From Lepidodermella squamata (taxonomy: Eukaryota > Animalia > Gastrotricha), in contig JBLDXI010000032.1 of assembly GCA_047495785.1 (NCBI GenBank), positions 1,426,001 through 1,490,000 of the forward strand: a stretch of DNA of 64,000 bases, given 5' to 3'. Numbering within the stretch: position 1 is the stretch's first letter; each line of letters starts with the position of its first letter. Shown here in pieces: positions 1 through 14,119 of the stretch. The position numbers and the translations under genes were made by a program. A model generated the notes under the pieces. That model was not told where the DNA came from, made no database searches, and saw only the letters and a list, made by a program, of their open reading frames with translations.

Positions 1-986
1 GACTTGAGGAATTCATTACAAATGGCGCAACCCCAGCTTCAGATATCGAATTACCGTTAATTTTGAATATTTTACGAGCTATGGCGGCTGTTGGCTACGA
101 ACCTTGTGATTCAGTGTTGCTTGGCAATTCAGTCAGCGATGCGGTGATGAAGCAGTCGGCGGCGAATTCTAATGAAAATAACGCAGCTGTTTTAGCCACC
201 CTTCGAATCGGTTACCAATTGTCGGTTATGCAGTGCTATCCACCTAAATTGTTGGCTCATATCTTCAGCCCTCAATTTCTCGATCAAATCGATCAGCTAT
301 TGGTTGAAACTTCGGCTGGCTTATCGAGCTCGATTTCCTCATCCTATCGACAGCAATCGCCTCGAGCTACAAGGAACCGCAGAATTCACCTGCCGAATAA
401 CAATAATTACAGCATTGGAAGTCTACACGACCATATTCGTGAGACACTGATGCGCCTTAATCGAGCTGTTGTCCTCGAATGTCAAGATGTGACGTTTAAC
501 GGGGTCGATTCGATTCCCTGGTTCCATGGAAAATACCGAACCTCAACCGGGAGAAATTCTCAGCAAACATCAAGTCGAGAATGGGCCTTCAAGGAGCAAG
601 TTGAAAACTACGTGACGCAGATTGTTTCAACCAGGAGCGACTATTTCCTATTAACCGATCAATTAACCCCGTTTTACCACTGGATTGATTTTGAATTAAT
701 GCCAGTTTCCGACAACGCGCACATCACTCCGGTGAAATTTCCGTCGGTTAAGGTGGATAAACCAATAGCTGTTTTGCTGCTGTCTCACCGCCAATTTGTG
801 TCGTCAATCAAAGATTCGCCTCACCCGACTCGCCTTCGAGGTTCGGTCAAACAAGTCATGCGACAGGTTGAAATGCTGGGCTATCGATTGGTAACTCTGA
901 GCCCTAATCAGTGGGCCGCTTTTGAGACTAATAAAAACGAAACACCGATTCAAACTCGGTTGGAGCAGATGCTGTTTGGGAAGTGA
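1..986 (+). CDS. FAST kinase domain family protein (FASTKD-like, C-terminal RAP domain); 5' end outside the window
   Basis: C-terminus PIAVLLLSHRQF...LRGSVKQVMRQVEMLGYRLVTLSPNQW matches the RAP domain pattern; YPPKLLAHIFSPQFL and LMRLNRAVVLEC resemble FASTKD proteins; AATAAA at ~1087. Paralog not resolved. Confidence 0.75.
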   Translation, partial: LEEFITNGATPASDIELPLILNILRAMAAVGYEPCDSVLLGNSVSDAVMKQSAANSNENNAAVLATLRIGYQLSVMQCYPPKLLAHIFSPQFLDQIDQLLVETSAGLSSSISSSYRQQSPRATRNRRIHLPNNNNYSIGSLHDHIRETLMRLNRAVVLECQDVTFNGVDSIPWFHGKYRTSTGRNSQQTSSREWAFKEQVENYVTQIVSTRSDYFLLTDQLTPFYHWIDFELMPVSDNAHITPVKFPSVKVDKPIAVLLLSHRQFVSSIKDSPHPTRLRGSVKQVMRQVEMLGYRLVTLSPNQWAAFETNKNETPIQTRLEQMLFGK

Positions 987-1376
987 AGATGACGCTGACG
1001 TTGGTGAAGGGGTGCTCAATTTTAGAATAATTCTTTGTACAAATTCGAGTGATATAAATTTGTTGAGTTTATTGTTGTTTCAAACGATATTTTTAATTTT
1101 CAAGTAAATAAAACAGATCCAAGATAGTTTTCAATTTCATGCGCAAATAAAAAAAAACTTAAAATTTAAATTTTAAGGTGGAATTTTCTTAAACATTTTT
1201 GAATTATTTTGAGATGAAATGATTTTATGAAACCACTATTTTGGTTGAAAAATATCAAGTCCTATAAAACTTGAATTTTTCAGGTGATTATTCATCAGCA
1301 TTTTCGCAAGAATTCGGGCCAAATTTGTTAAAAATAATTTGATTATCAATTTCCATAGAATTTAATTTTAATTGTG

Positions 1377-4300
1377 ATGGAGACTAGCGGCGGGACGTCT
1401 TCATCAGTGACAACTTTCGAGCGAGTCGTCGATTTGCTGAACGATGCTGCTCTCGAAACCGATACCGAGAAGAAAGTTCTTCAACTTCATCAAGTCCAAG
1501 AGCTTATCGTCCACAAGGAGCCGAATTTACTCGACAATTTCTTGGACGAAATGCTAGCCTTCCAGTCCGATCAGGAAGCCGAGGTGCGAAAACTCATTGC
1601 TGGCTTCATTGAAGACGCGTTAAATGCGGACGAAGAGACAATTCCGAAGGTTTTAACCAGCTTAATGATGCTGTTGAGTGATCAAGCCGTTTCAGTTTCT
1701 AAACGCGCGATTCTAACAGCAGGCGCTGTTTTCGCGAAAACTTTCAAATGGCTAGCAACCTCGCGTAACTGCTCTGAAATGATGAAAGAGTGCTGGTCGG
1801 CGGTTAATAAAATGAAAAAGTCGATTTGCGACCGGATGGAGAGTGAAAATGAGGGCGTTAAAGCGCATATAATTCGGTATATTGAGTCGTTAATTCTATG
1901 CCTATCGCGGCCTGCGCCGAATCAAGCGGCGAATGACCAAGATTCGAAGCAAGATTCGAAACAAGACCAGCCCGCCGAGGTTTTATCGCTCGATTTAGTC
2001 AGCGATCAACACGTGGTGTTGAAATCGAAAAAATTGGAGGAGGAAGGCAGGCGGTTGTTCGAAATGCTTGTCCATTTCACGTCGTCTGAATCGATAACTA
2101 GTCAAACTTTGATGGCGATTATGACCTCGGTTAGTACGATTGCGAGTCAAAGGCCTGCGTTTATGCTAGCCGCAGTTGAGCTGCTCGAAGCTCTTCACGT
2201 TGATCTGCCGCCTAAACTCGGAAAATCGCAAGTTTCATCAGTTCGCAAGTCGTTGAAAATGCAGTTGATGAGACTGGCGAAGCGTGAATTAACGGCTGAT
2301 CTCGCTCATCGAATTGGGACCCTATTGAGTGATTTAGGCGCAACTCAGGCTGAAGTTATGAAGCTAATGCCTAAGCAAATTCCGACCCAGCAAATGCCAG
2401 CCGGACCTAGTAAGCGCAAAATCCCAGGCCCTGGCGCGTCCAGTGAACCGGAGCCGAAATTAGCCAGGCCGCCGATTTCAACTCGGGACGACGATGACGA
2501 TGAGCCGGAAGATCAGGAATCGCATGCTTTGACTTTTGTCGATAAGTTGGCAGATGAGTTGTTGCCGAGGTTGAATTTGCAGAATGTTGCCGATCTTGTC
2601 TTGGTGCAAATGGCGCAGTTGCCTGATATCATGCCAGCAGCTTTCCTAGCCACTTACACGCCTATCTCAGCGGCTGGAACTCCGGCTCAGGTAAACATTT
2701 TAAGGCGGTTTTAATATATTTTTCGCATTTTTTCACAATTCAAAATTAAATTAAAATTATAATTGAAAAATTGAAAATAATTTTTTTTTCAATTTTTCAG
2801 GTGCGTCACATGTCTCGACTCTTGGCAGCTCAAGTTTTGCAATCAGCAGTCGGTCGAGCGTATATTGCCCAGGCCGGTGGGGATGAATTGCGGCCGGGCG
2901 AAGCGGAGGAAGCTGAAAAGCAGGTCATTTCAACGGTTATTGGCGGCGCTTTGTCCGAGCCCAAGTCAGATACGCCGGTTGAATTGCCGAAATTGGGCCA
3001 ACGGCAGCCGCAAAAGTTGGCTAGGCATTACAAGTTGGCTGAGATGACACCTAGTGTGGTCTCGCAGGACGAACTCATGCAATCTGCTCTATTTTGCATC
3101 CGGCGGACGCTCAATGCAGAAGGAGTAAGTATTTTTATTCAATGGATTATCCCCGAAATGCCTAAATTACTGTGAAAAATTGAGGTGCAGATAATTAGTT
3201 TGAACGAATGAATCATTAAGAAAATATTAAGAAAAAACTTCAGGAAATTGCTCGCCGGTTTGCAGAGTTGCTCTTGACGAATCGAAGCGTGCAAGGCGCT
3301 GTTATCGTTGTGCTTTGAAATTCGTTCCTTGTCCGTCTTAAAATGGCTCCTAAGAATACTGAGCCAATGAAATGAGTCATTACCCAACATTGATCAATGA
3401 TGATGAAAGTTAGTCCACCGAAGCGCTTTGTCTGATGTTTTCTGAAATGCTTTTGCAATCGCTCTGGACGAATCCGCAAATTGCCGAAGCTAGAGTACAG
3501 CCGTTTACGTTAGTCGCAGCTACTCCTGAGACTGCCATTGTTGCAAAAGAACCGGGTCGTTGTCAATCAGCAGCAAGAGCTAGTTGAATAAATCGAGTGG
3601 ATTTCCCAGCGCTTCCTAGGCCGTGTAGAAGCAACTCTTGTTGATGATCAAGCAAAGTATCAATTGACATATCCTCAACTTGTCGCCCAAAAGGCGTTGC
3701 AAAAAAGCCCGTCCTTGTATGATGAATGCTCTGTGTTGATCTTCGGTGTAATTGAGCGCTTTTGAAATCTCATTTAGAGACGCTAAAACTGGAATCCGAA
3801 TTTCTGGCTGGCCAAGAGGGCTTTCCGGAACTTCGATGAAAGCGTCAATTTGGTTTCGTGTTTGAACCTTCGCTGTAGGTGTTACTGCTTGCTTGATACA
3901 AGCAATCATCTCGCACCAATTCCCCCAAGACAAGTACTTCATAGACTGATATCTTACGTGAAACGGCGAAAACGATAAAAAAAAATTTGCGATCATTGGG
4001 GAACGTGTCGGTTCCACGTTGAAATTTCTGTAGAAAATGTGGAATTACCACTTGGTTTTTGTTGTGATACCGAGTGGTGCAATGATTTTCATCGTCCGGA
4101 AGGCAGAGCCTCAGGCGGGACGGGCACGCCGTGCAGGCATAGAAAGTGTGCTTGCGGCAGATTACGCGATTGTAAAGACGGATCGCGACGGGCGACGGAG
4201 GAGTTCTTTCTCTGATTGTTCGGCCACCTCGGCTGGATCAGCTCGTTCGGCGACAGGATAAATGACACGGATATTTAACCCAATGACCCAGTAATGGCCG

Positions 4301-6745
4301 GGGAGCACAGGGTCGGCGTGGGAGGGAAGCTCAAAACTGCCTTCGGGAAAATCGACAGTAACGAAATATCGTCGTCGGCGCGTCAAACATGCGATAAAAT
4401 TAGACAATAAAGCTTACTTTTTTCCACTGGAACCGGCAGTGGAACCGACACCACCTCTGTTCTGCCGCGAAGATGCGGCGTACTGCCGCCATGTTTAGCG
4501 ACGCGGCTGATTTTGGGTTGCAGCAAGTTTGACAACTCTCTGTTTATTTTTGGCTGAGTAGCCAGCAGGCGTTGCAACTGAGGTATGCAGGTATAGAAAG
4601 TGTGCTTGCGTCAGATTACGCGATTGGAGCGTTTTACCTTCTCATCGAAGAGCATCATAATGTAGTTTTAGGACAAAGATAAAAGATAAAAGACGGATCG
4701 CGACGGAGACGTTCTTTCTCTGATTGTTCGGCCGCCTTGGCTGGGTCAACTCGTTCGGCGACAGGATATATCACACGGATATTTAACCCAATGACCCAGT
4801 AATGCCGAGGAGCACAGGGTCAGCGTGGGCGGGAAGCTCGAAACTGCCTTCGGGAAAATCGACAGTAGCGAAATGTATTGGCCTTGACATTGACATATCC
4901 AATGAAACAAACGCAGAATGTGGAAAGTAGTGGAACAGCAGTGTCGATAAAAATGAATTGTTTATCGAATTTATCTAAATATTTTCCAATTATTTTTGAG
5001 AAATTATTTAATTGTGTGTATTTTATTATTAGAATATGTCGAAAACCAAGCTGCATTCGGCGTGGATCAAACTGGTCGCCTGTCTCGGCTCAATGTTCGG
5101 CCCGGCGCACAAACAAGCCATGTTCGAGTTCGTATGCGAGGACCTTCGCGGCCGGTTCGACGTTACAATCGCCTGGCTTACACACGAATACGCAGTCGGC
5201 CGCGGCTACCTAGCGACATTCGGCTCCGAAAACGCCGGAGCCGCCGATCTCGGTGTCTACGACGAATGGCTGACGAAAGTCCTAGTCGCTGTCTACCAGA
5301 AAACAAGCCCGAAACTCGGCCTATTCGGCCAGTTGTTACTCCAAGCCCCATCGCTAACGCCCGGCGCTCTCGATGTTCTACGGCTGTATTGCCAGGACGA
5401 TAATTGCTCGTATCTAGGCATGGCAGTTCTGGCTGAGCTAGCAACAGACCGCCCGGCTGAGCGGCCGAGGTTACTGCCAATTCTTCTCGATTTCTCACTA
5501 CACGACAAGTCGGAAGTTCGAACAAACGCGCTGCGAGAGTTGCGCAAAATGTACATCAAATTCGACGACGAAACGCGGGCGTCTATCGAGAGTTTCGCCG
5601 TTGAAGCGCTACGGTCGATGAATCTGACCACAACACCGCCGAATTTGTTCGGAAAATCAGTCCCGTGGAATGAAGATCTGCAACGAACGGCCAGCGCGTT
5701 GTTTCTCACCCTGCTGCCCGTGAATGAGTCACTTTTGAACGTATTAGCCGAGGCCTACGTCGCTACCCATGTCGATTTGAAGAAACCTATGTTGAAATTG
5801 CTGGACACTGCGGTTAAGCAGTTAGGAATGAACTCTCAGGCCCTGCTCGATTTGATCGTCCAAGCCCCGAGAGGTGCTGAGACGTTAATCGCGAGAATTG
5901 TTCATATCCTGACCGGGGATGGCCAGCAAAGCCCGTCACCTGAGCTGGTATCTAGGGTGTATGCCCTCTACCGGACCCGGGTTGAAGACGTGAGGTTTTT
6001 AATACCGGTCCTACCGGGTCTTTCAAAGTCCCAACTCGTTTCGGTGTTGCCAGATATCGTTCGACTACCCGCCGGGGTTGTTAAGGAGGTGTTCTCGCGG
6101 GTTATGGGTAAAACCGGCCCGTTATCCCCGGCTGAGCTGCTCGTCGAACTTCACTCGCTCGACCCTAATAAAGTCGATCTCAAACTCGTTATTCGTTGCG
6201 TGAATGTGCTGCTGGCTGATAAGACCCATTTTTCGCAAGAGGTCCTAGCAGTCGCGTTGCAGCAATTGATTGATTTGAACCCGTTACCTGTCCTGTTGAT
6301 GAGGACCTTACTTCAATCACTGGCCATGTACCCGCGTTTGATTGGTCTGTCGATGAATATTATGCATAGGTTGATTCAGAAGCAAGTTTGGAAGCATCCG
6401 AGGTTATGGGATGGTTTCATCCGATGCTGCCAACAAACGAAACCGAGGTCTTTCGAGGTTCTATTCCAGCTACCGCCTGCTCAATTAAGGAATCTACTTT
6501 TGGTTAACTGCCCGGATTTACGAGCTCCGCTGATTGAACATGTTCAGGCGCTACCCGAGCAGCAATTAGCCTTGATTCCGCGGACGACTTTGGCGCTGTT
6601 GGAAGGCATCGCCTCGGGTCAGGTGACCACAGGAACGGATGAGGCGGAAGTGGCGCCAATTGTGACTGACGATGTGAAACCTGAGGCTGATCCGGTCGCG
6701 GAAACCAAAACTGAGGCGGATGTGATGGAAACTGCTACTGAATAG
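1377..6745 (+). CDS. SYMPK: Symplekin; exons ~1377-2690, 2801-3124, 5033-6745
   Basis: QVQELIVHKEPNLLDNFLDEMLAFQSD, QVSSVRKSLKMQL, YTPISAAGTPAQVRHMSRLLA, PLPVLLMRTLLQSLAMYPRL, LIQKQVWK are symplekin motifs; GT-AG junctions keep the frame (NAEG|NMSK). Confidence 0.95.
4133..4878. repeat. Diverged ~240-290 bp direct duplication in symplekin intron 2 (~4133-4369 and ~4587-4878)
   Basis: Shared strings atagaaagtgtgcttgcg, aagacggatcgcgacgg, acacggatatttaacccaatgacccagtaatg, aaactgccttcgggaaaatcgacagta; second copy carries a ~60-bp extra segment. Confidence 0.9.
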
Positions 6746-7787
6746 TCATTTTTTCGTACTTTTGAACAACAAAAATTTACCGATAATTGGAGGAACTTTG
6801 TTTCTTCTTGTGTATGATACAAAATAAAAATAATTTTCATGGAAAAAGTGCTTGTTTTTTGAGTGGCCAGATAGGGCAAAAGTTTGCAAGTCCCTTTCCC
6901 TGATATATTTGGTATTTGTCTCAAATTTCGTTTCGTGGCTTTTTTGATGTTTCAGTGAAATTCTGAAATCAGCAGAATATATCCCGAAATTATCGACTTT
7001 ATACGTGGGACAGCGTAGCAGCCAGGAAAAGGGAAACTTTGATTAGGAAAATGCGATTTTTGATTAGAAATCACAAGTAAAATTAAAGGAAAATTAGAAA
7101 AGTATTTAATTGGAGTAATATTTCGGTGTTTATTTAAACAGGTGTGATAAAATTAGAAACTGCAGATCATTTGCAATTAGCCCTTCAAAGAGGCTGCTCG
7201 CAACGGTACCCCATTAGGTTCTTTACCCTGCCAACTCCGAGTTTTGATGCGCCAAAGTCGCACCATTTCACTTCAGTGAATATCGGTATTTTTCGTTCCT
7301 GATTTTCCTCCCTCATTGGTCATCTCAGAAATAATCAACTTAAATTTTTTAATTTGCTGAAAGCGAAGTGCTGAGATTTCGGGAACATGTTAGCGCTTTT
7401 CCCGTATGTAAGAGACATAGGTACTAATTTTGCTTAACTTGCGTGGTCAGGTATATCTGAGGTCGATTGGAGTCGCTTGTGGCGATAAGCGCGCACCTCA
7501 GCGGCGCGTCACTGCGTGGCTTTGAGCGCGTCAATCTGTTTTGCGTTTCACCCCGCCAAACGATAAGGCACTCGACTTCCGCTTGTTTACGAGATTAACA
7601 ACTACGTATATTGCCCGCCCCTGTGCTATAATTGACAAAACCACCGCGCCTACACACTCGACACACCTGGTACCTGGATAATTTACCGAAAACGCGATAA
7701 ACGGTGTAAACAATTCGGAATGAGCCCGTAATAAACAAATTATTTTGAGCCACGAAATAGTAGAAAATAATCATTTTTTTGCCCAAA

Positions 7788-10700
7788 ATGCTGACTAATT
7801 TCGCAGCGCTTACACTACTAGTATCGGCTGCTTCATGCACTTGGAAAATCGCAGATCGGGTTATGAACGATCGAGTACTCCTCCAATGTGATTGGCAATC
7901 GGTACCTCAAAGTAATTCGACCAATTACACGGATCCCCTGCCTTCGGTCAAAGAATTCAAGTGCGAGTCGAAAAAAACTCATGTATCGCTACAATTCACT
8001 AAGAACGTTGACAACCCAGCAGATTGGAACGATCATTTCGATGACTTTGACTCGGCAGGCTCCGGTAGTGGGAAAATCAGTCCGAGCTCTAGCAGTATCA
8101 AAATTCAAATTTCGGGATCTGGAACTAAAAACGACCTCTTGTCTTGTCTTTTGATCGATTACTGCTTATTCGGTAGAATTCATAAGTTTAATTTTATTTT
8201 TTATTCTTCAAACAAATTAAGGCGAAGGTGCCTACATTTCGGTGAAAGCTCAGTTCGACCGCAGTGATTCATTAAAAAATGATGGCAGCAGTCGGGTTTT
8301 ATGGACTAGCCAATCGCTTCCTGAAGATAATCAGGTTCATCCTGGGGAGTGCCGCGAAATATTACTGACAATTCACGACGAAAATTCGGCACAATCGCTC
8401 TATGAAATCGTGCAAATGGTGAGTTGTTTAGCTGGTAATTTCCAAGCCTCAAGAAAAACGTCCGATTTCAGGCGATCGATACGAAGCTTCTTGGCGTTCC
8501 GAGCAGTTATCATTTCGATAAAATCTCGCTCTTTAGCGGCGCTTGTAAAGGTTAAGAATTTATAACAATTCTATCCGGTTCTTTCTGGATTGGTTATTTT
8601 TTACAGTTCGAGTAGAGGGAGATTATTTCCGAGATTACGAACAGCTTCAGTCTGGAAATCGTCACATGTTCGTAAAGGATCTTGATCACGGCGATTATTA
8701 TTTTGGAGCGGAAAATATTAAACCCGATTGGGAAAGCTTCACTTGGCCCAACTCTATCGTGCCATACTTCATTTCAACCGGGTCAGAAGCTTCCGGTTCG
8801 GAACTGCTGAACCGTGAAGCCGTTTTGATGGCTGCTTTTCGGAAAATCGAAGATTCAACATGTTTGAAATTCAGCCAAATGAAACCAACTAATTCAAAAT
8901 ACCTGAAAATTACGGATCACGGTGACGGGTATTTTTTTATTTTCCGGAATTTCAGCTACGATTTTGCGGTTTTTAGTTGTTTTACGCAGGAAGTCGGTTT
9001 CGGTCACTCGCGTCACGTTATTCTGAATCTAGGTTCAAATTGCTGGCAATCAAGTGTAATAATGCATCATATTATGCATGCTTTGTCATTCGGCCACGAA
9101 TCAAATCGAATCGATCGCGATTTCTACGTTAAAATTGACCGCGATAACATTCGAGATGGCAAGCTGTACGAATTCGATCGCCACAATCCAACGATTCCGT
9201 TAGCTCCTACTTTCAATCTTCCTTATGATTACCAATCAGTGACACATATGAAATCATCGGCATTTTCGAAGCTCATTTTCAACGCAAGCACGATATCGGC
9301 TATTGGAATTACCAACTTGACCCTGGGAAATTCGGTTTTATCCGAAACTGATGTAATAAAAATTATATCCCTTCATTGCAAGAAAGGTCAGTGAATGCAA
9401 AATTAAGATTTTTAAATTCCTTCAAATTTGATTGCTAGAACAAAAGCAATATCAGTGCATTTTCGATGATTGCCCAGCTGACTCGGTTTGTTTCGACCGG
9501 AGGTTTGGTTGCAAATGTATCACCGAAAAACAGGGATCGCCAGGATCTTGCTTGGGTGAATTTGCGTTAAATTGTACTTAATCTTGATTTTTTGAGGAAT
9601 TATTCAGCAATTATGGACCACTTTCCGTCATTGAATTGCGGAACCTCGTTTTCTTCTTTTGGCAAAGTCGTTGAGATCGGGCAGGCTGATTCAGCGCTTT
9701 GCATTTGCAAGCAAACTGGCTTCGCTACAAACGGAACTTGCACGGGGAACCACAACGACACCTCAATGATAGATTGGCAGCCAAATTTGCGCGACTTAAT
9801 TTCTTTCTTCGATTTGAGCCAAAGCGATACTTGCGATTTAGCATCACCGATTAACAAATGCGGACAGTTCGGAGAATGCGTTAGGCTTCCTGTTAATAAT
9901 TCAACCTATTGTAAATGCCGATTCGGGTATCGACAAATTCCCTCTGAAGGTGGTAGATTTCAATGCGAGCCAGGTATGAAAATATTTCTTATTTCAAAGC
10001 CGAGTTTGAATTTTTATTTTCAAGTTCCCGTCGCGATTCAAATCAAAATATCAGCGTTGTCTCTGTTATTGCCGACAAATTTGGCTGTGAATGCCAGCAT
10101 CACTCGATTGACAAATCTGAAATTTTACGAACAAATCGGTTGGTTGCCGGATTTCAATGATGAATCATCACTTCTATATTTGGCAGCTGTCAAAGCTGTG
10201 CGTTTTGAGGTTAATCTAAATTATTTAAAACTTTCCACTCTAAAATCATTCGATTTTTTCAGATTCTTCGGGCTTTGAGCTTGATTTATTACAGTGATGA
10301 CTCATTGCTTGTGAGAAAGTCTGCCTTTGAATTCTCATCGCTGAAGCAAGAACCATGGATAAACCCATTTGGAGCTGTTCAACTCAGGTGAGGTTTTAAA
10401 ATAACCCTAAAACTAAAAATTCAATAAAATTGTGTTATAGCGAGTCAAAATCTGGCCATTTTGATATCGAATCCGTGGTTTACTTCACGCAACCAATCTA
10501 CTATAGTTTAGTCTGGCTTCAGACGCGGTTGGAGAATGTTTTCGGCACAGACACGGCCGGACGTGATAACGGCTTCATTTTCATTCGAGATAAACGTGCT
10601 ATTCTCCTGGAAGGTTGAAAGTTTATCATTTTCACCGGTACTTTACCTCTTGTTTTCCTGTCCTAATTTTTAGAGAACCCGTGCAAAATATTTGCGAGAC

Positions 10701-11489
10701 CTCGGTGCCCTGCAGGGTCGGTTTGCCGGCAAGGTTACGCACCTGGGAATATTACAACTTGCTCGAGAAGTGACTTCACGAAACATGGCAATGATAATGG
10801 CAGAACTACTCAGGATGTTTTTTATTTCGACTTCGATCAACTAACCAACCCAGGAACTGACAAGGACGAGGGCGATAAAATTCTCGGATTTTGTAAGATT
10901 AAAAATTTTCCAGCTGGTAACCAGTTGAAATCTTGATTTGGATTTTCAGCCATCTTTGAACTTACTGTTACTTGCGTTGCGACTCTGTTGGCACTCATCA
11001 TACTGATTGCCGGAATGGTTCTTTTGACGCGAAGGGGCAGGTTGGGAATTAATTGAAAAAAAAGAATTAAATTATCTCCTCGTCAATTTTTTTAGGCGTA
11101 GATCTGATCAGAACTGTCGCGACTGTGGTACTTTTGAATTGTCCGTGGTAAATGCTAACAACCAGCGAGTCGAATCGGCGTACTTCGAACCGACTGTTGA
11201 GAGTAGTGAGCGCGATTCCAGTCCGCCAACAATTCATATAACTGGAAACAACACTACAGCTTCGAACAGAACATCAACAAGTGCAGGTATCATCGCGGTG
11301 CAGCCTCAATCGCCATCTGTCAGCGCTTGTATTGTTACCTCGCCATCATCTTCGCCAGTGCCGTCTTTTGCACCTTCACCGATTCCACCAGTAAAAGCGC
11401 AACGCGAATATGATAATAGAGCTTTCGAGTCGACGACAGATGGACCCAGCGCTGCAGAAAACGATTACTATGAGCCAGTTGCTTTCTAA
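7788..11489 (+). CDS. Multi-exon type I membrane protein: signal peptide, astacin (M12A)-like domain, EGF-like repeats, SEA-like domain, TM helix, Ser/Pro-rich tail
   Basis: Signal MLTNFAALTLLVSAASC; WPNSIVPYFI...IEDSTCLKF...HHIMHALSFGHESNRIDRDFYV...YDYQSVTHM; Cys-rich CGQFGEC...CKCRFGY; FNDESSLLY SEA-like; TM VATLLALIILIAGMVLL at ~10975-11025. Exon chain only partly traced. Confidence 0.75.
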
Positions 11490-11653
11490 CAGAAGAATTT
11501 GCATTAGCATTATTATTACTTCAGCTCAGTGCAATTCTCGCTAAATGACCTTCTATGCTATAATTGTTTGTCTTGAGAGTAATGTGTAAATAAACTGGAT
11601 GACTGCACGAGCCACACACGAGCCTTAAATTCATCATTGTTTATTGAATTGAC

Positions 11654-12400
11654 TCAAAACAACAGCAAAATTTTTGTTGGGTTCCATCGGCGATCAGCAA
11701 GACAAAAAATGTAGGAAGCGCATACAGCTAAGCAGCGAGCCAGAAATATAATTTTCAGACGAGAAAAATAGATGGAACGTATGACGTTTTTCATTTGATT
11801 TAACATGTTGAGTTTTGAGTTTTGGTCATGTTGCAAAGCCTCTTCGACATCATCTCACACTAGATCAGAACTTCGAGAACCGAGGAAACAACAGGAATAT
11901 GAAATCAATGGAACTGATTGTTCCCGATTCCACGCCCGAGAAAATTTCGATACAACCGTTCGCGCCCAAAAGCAAACACCAACAAACCGAGCCGTAAAAG
12001 TACCCCATTATAGCGTTTGGTGTCAGCTACCATCACTGAATGAATATTGCCAAGAGTGCAGTAATTGCATATGCAGGGCATTATAATTCACTGGGAACGA
12101 CAATGGTCAACGTTAATGCTTAAGCTGAGAAGTTCCCAGCAACACCAATTGCTTAGAGTATTCAGTGGAATACTAGTAGTCAAGAAAGCCGAAACATGTC
12201 ACAACACTCTGTGCAAAAAGAGTTCACATGCGTCGCTTTAGTTTTAAAACATTCACGGTTGGCAGTCAGTGGTTGTAAGTCAATCGATTCTCAGTGTCGT
12301 TTGGACAATCAATTGGCCAGATTGCAATTTGCTTACAAATTGGAACTTCAAGAGGCAGATACTTTTCGCCAACAGGAGATCACATAATGTTCGTTGAGCA
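11654..12400 (-). pseudogene. Possible decayed 7TM receptor fragment
   Basis: Stop-riddled hydrophobic minus-strand stretches; YNGVLLRLGLLVFAF resembles class C GPCR TM5. Weak. Confidence 0.2.
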
Positions 12401-14119
12401 AGTGAGTAAAAGCTTTTGAAGTCCACTGTTAACATCAACATTACGCGCTACGTGTTACGGTACATTAGACCTGCGTTACGTAACGAAGGGATTGGATTTT
12501 AAATCCGGCGATATCATCTCGAGCTTGCAATTGTTATTTTCAAAAATCAACTATAACAATGTTTTGTAAAAGAAAATATTGTTAAATATTTGAATCTGAT
12601 GACCTTCACTCAAATTTGTGAATTTTGTGACTTCGAGCCAGAATCAGATATTCTCAGTGTCCTCAGAGCCCTCAGAACTCAGCTGGTATCTTCTGTCATG
12701 TTGTGTGGAGTGTTTGTTTTTAGTGCGCGGTACGTGCTACTTCCTCTTCTTGTCTCCCTAGATATTTGAAATTGATGCGCTTTTGGATGTGCTTAATGCT
12801 GCAAACTCGCTGCCCATGTTCCGTTCGTGTGCCGCTTTTTTGGTAGTGGGTAGTGACTATCAAATGAGGCTACAATAGCTTAATGCATACACGATACTTG
12901 TATTCTCGATGATCGCGATTATCTTCCAGCAGCTTCATGGCTACTTTCAAGCTTTGCGTAAACTTGGAATGCATGCGTAGCCCAATCGCTTGCTGATCTA
13001 CTACTTCATGTACCAATTTGGTATCCATTTTGGTACAACGAAAGCCCATGTCCAAGCGATCTACAGTCTACAGTCTCTGAGCAAAATTATCTATTATATA
13101 ATTGTCAAGCCTACATCTTGCATATTAACTTGGTGTCTTGTTACGTTATTGCTATCTTCTCCTTTGCGGATATATGTAGGTATTGCTAATTGGAAGGTCA
13201 GCGTTTTGAAGAAGGAGGAGAGGGATACAAAGAATTTTAGGAAATCGACTGACTGAGTAATAGTCGTCAGTAAAAACGATTATATCTAGTCCCGACTAAC
13301 GAGTAACAGTTTAATCTGAATCCGCTTACACCTGGTTTTAATGGCCTCACTGATATAACTCTGCTGAATGAATTACTCGACCGACCGCAAGTAGTCGTGA
13401 GTCGTGGATTTGATACATTTCATGCCTTGCAATGAGCGTTTTGGAACACGCAAAGCTGACCTACTAATTCGGCTTTCCACGTGAATACTTGATGATTGTT
13501 AGGTGTAAAAAGATGTTAAAAACGAGACATCATTATATCGAACTCATATCTCAGTTACTTGATTGCGTAAGTGCTTGGGTTGGGTGTAAATATAAAATCG
13601 GTCTGTTCCACTTTTGGTTGGATGTTGGCTTATGTTCAATTTGCTGACTGTATTATTACCTGTATAATTTGGCACTTTACCTATATAATTTGGCTATGAA
13701 ATGTCTGGCGTAGTTTCTTCTCGTGCGCCTTTTTACTATTTTGCATTTCGCTTAGCTCGATTTTTCCCCAACGGTCTAATTTGCCCGTTTGCGATGAAAG
13801 CTTCTTGTGTTTCAGATGTGGTTCAGATGTCTTGAAGTTACTCGAGTCATTCGTGGAAAAGTCCATCTGCCTATCGATATCTGGCGAATATAGCTTATTA
13901 TTTATTTAAAAAAATAAGAATCCTTTCTTCGTGCAAATTCTTCCCATTTATGGCGAAAGACCGGATATTAATTAATCCTGTAATTGCCCCTTAGGTTTAC
14001 ACCTCTGTCTTGAATGCTGTTATTTTTGTCATTCATATATTCAATTTTTGGATTTGCTTATTCTAGATGGAATCCTTATCTGTATAATGTATGATTGATC
14101 CATCTCAACATCTACAACA

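Noticed and set aside
13240-13430. cgact/agtcg-rich segment as a MITE
   Set aside because: Inverted similarity too weak and no TSD found.
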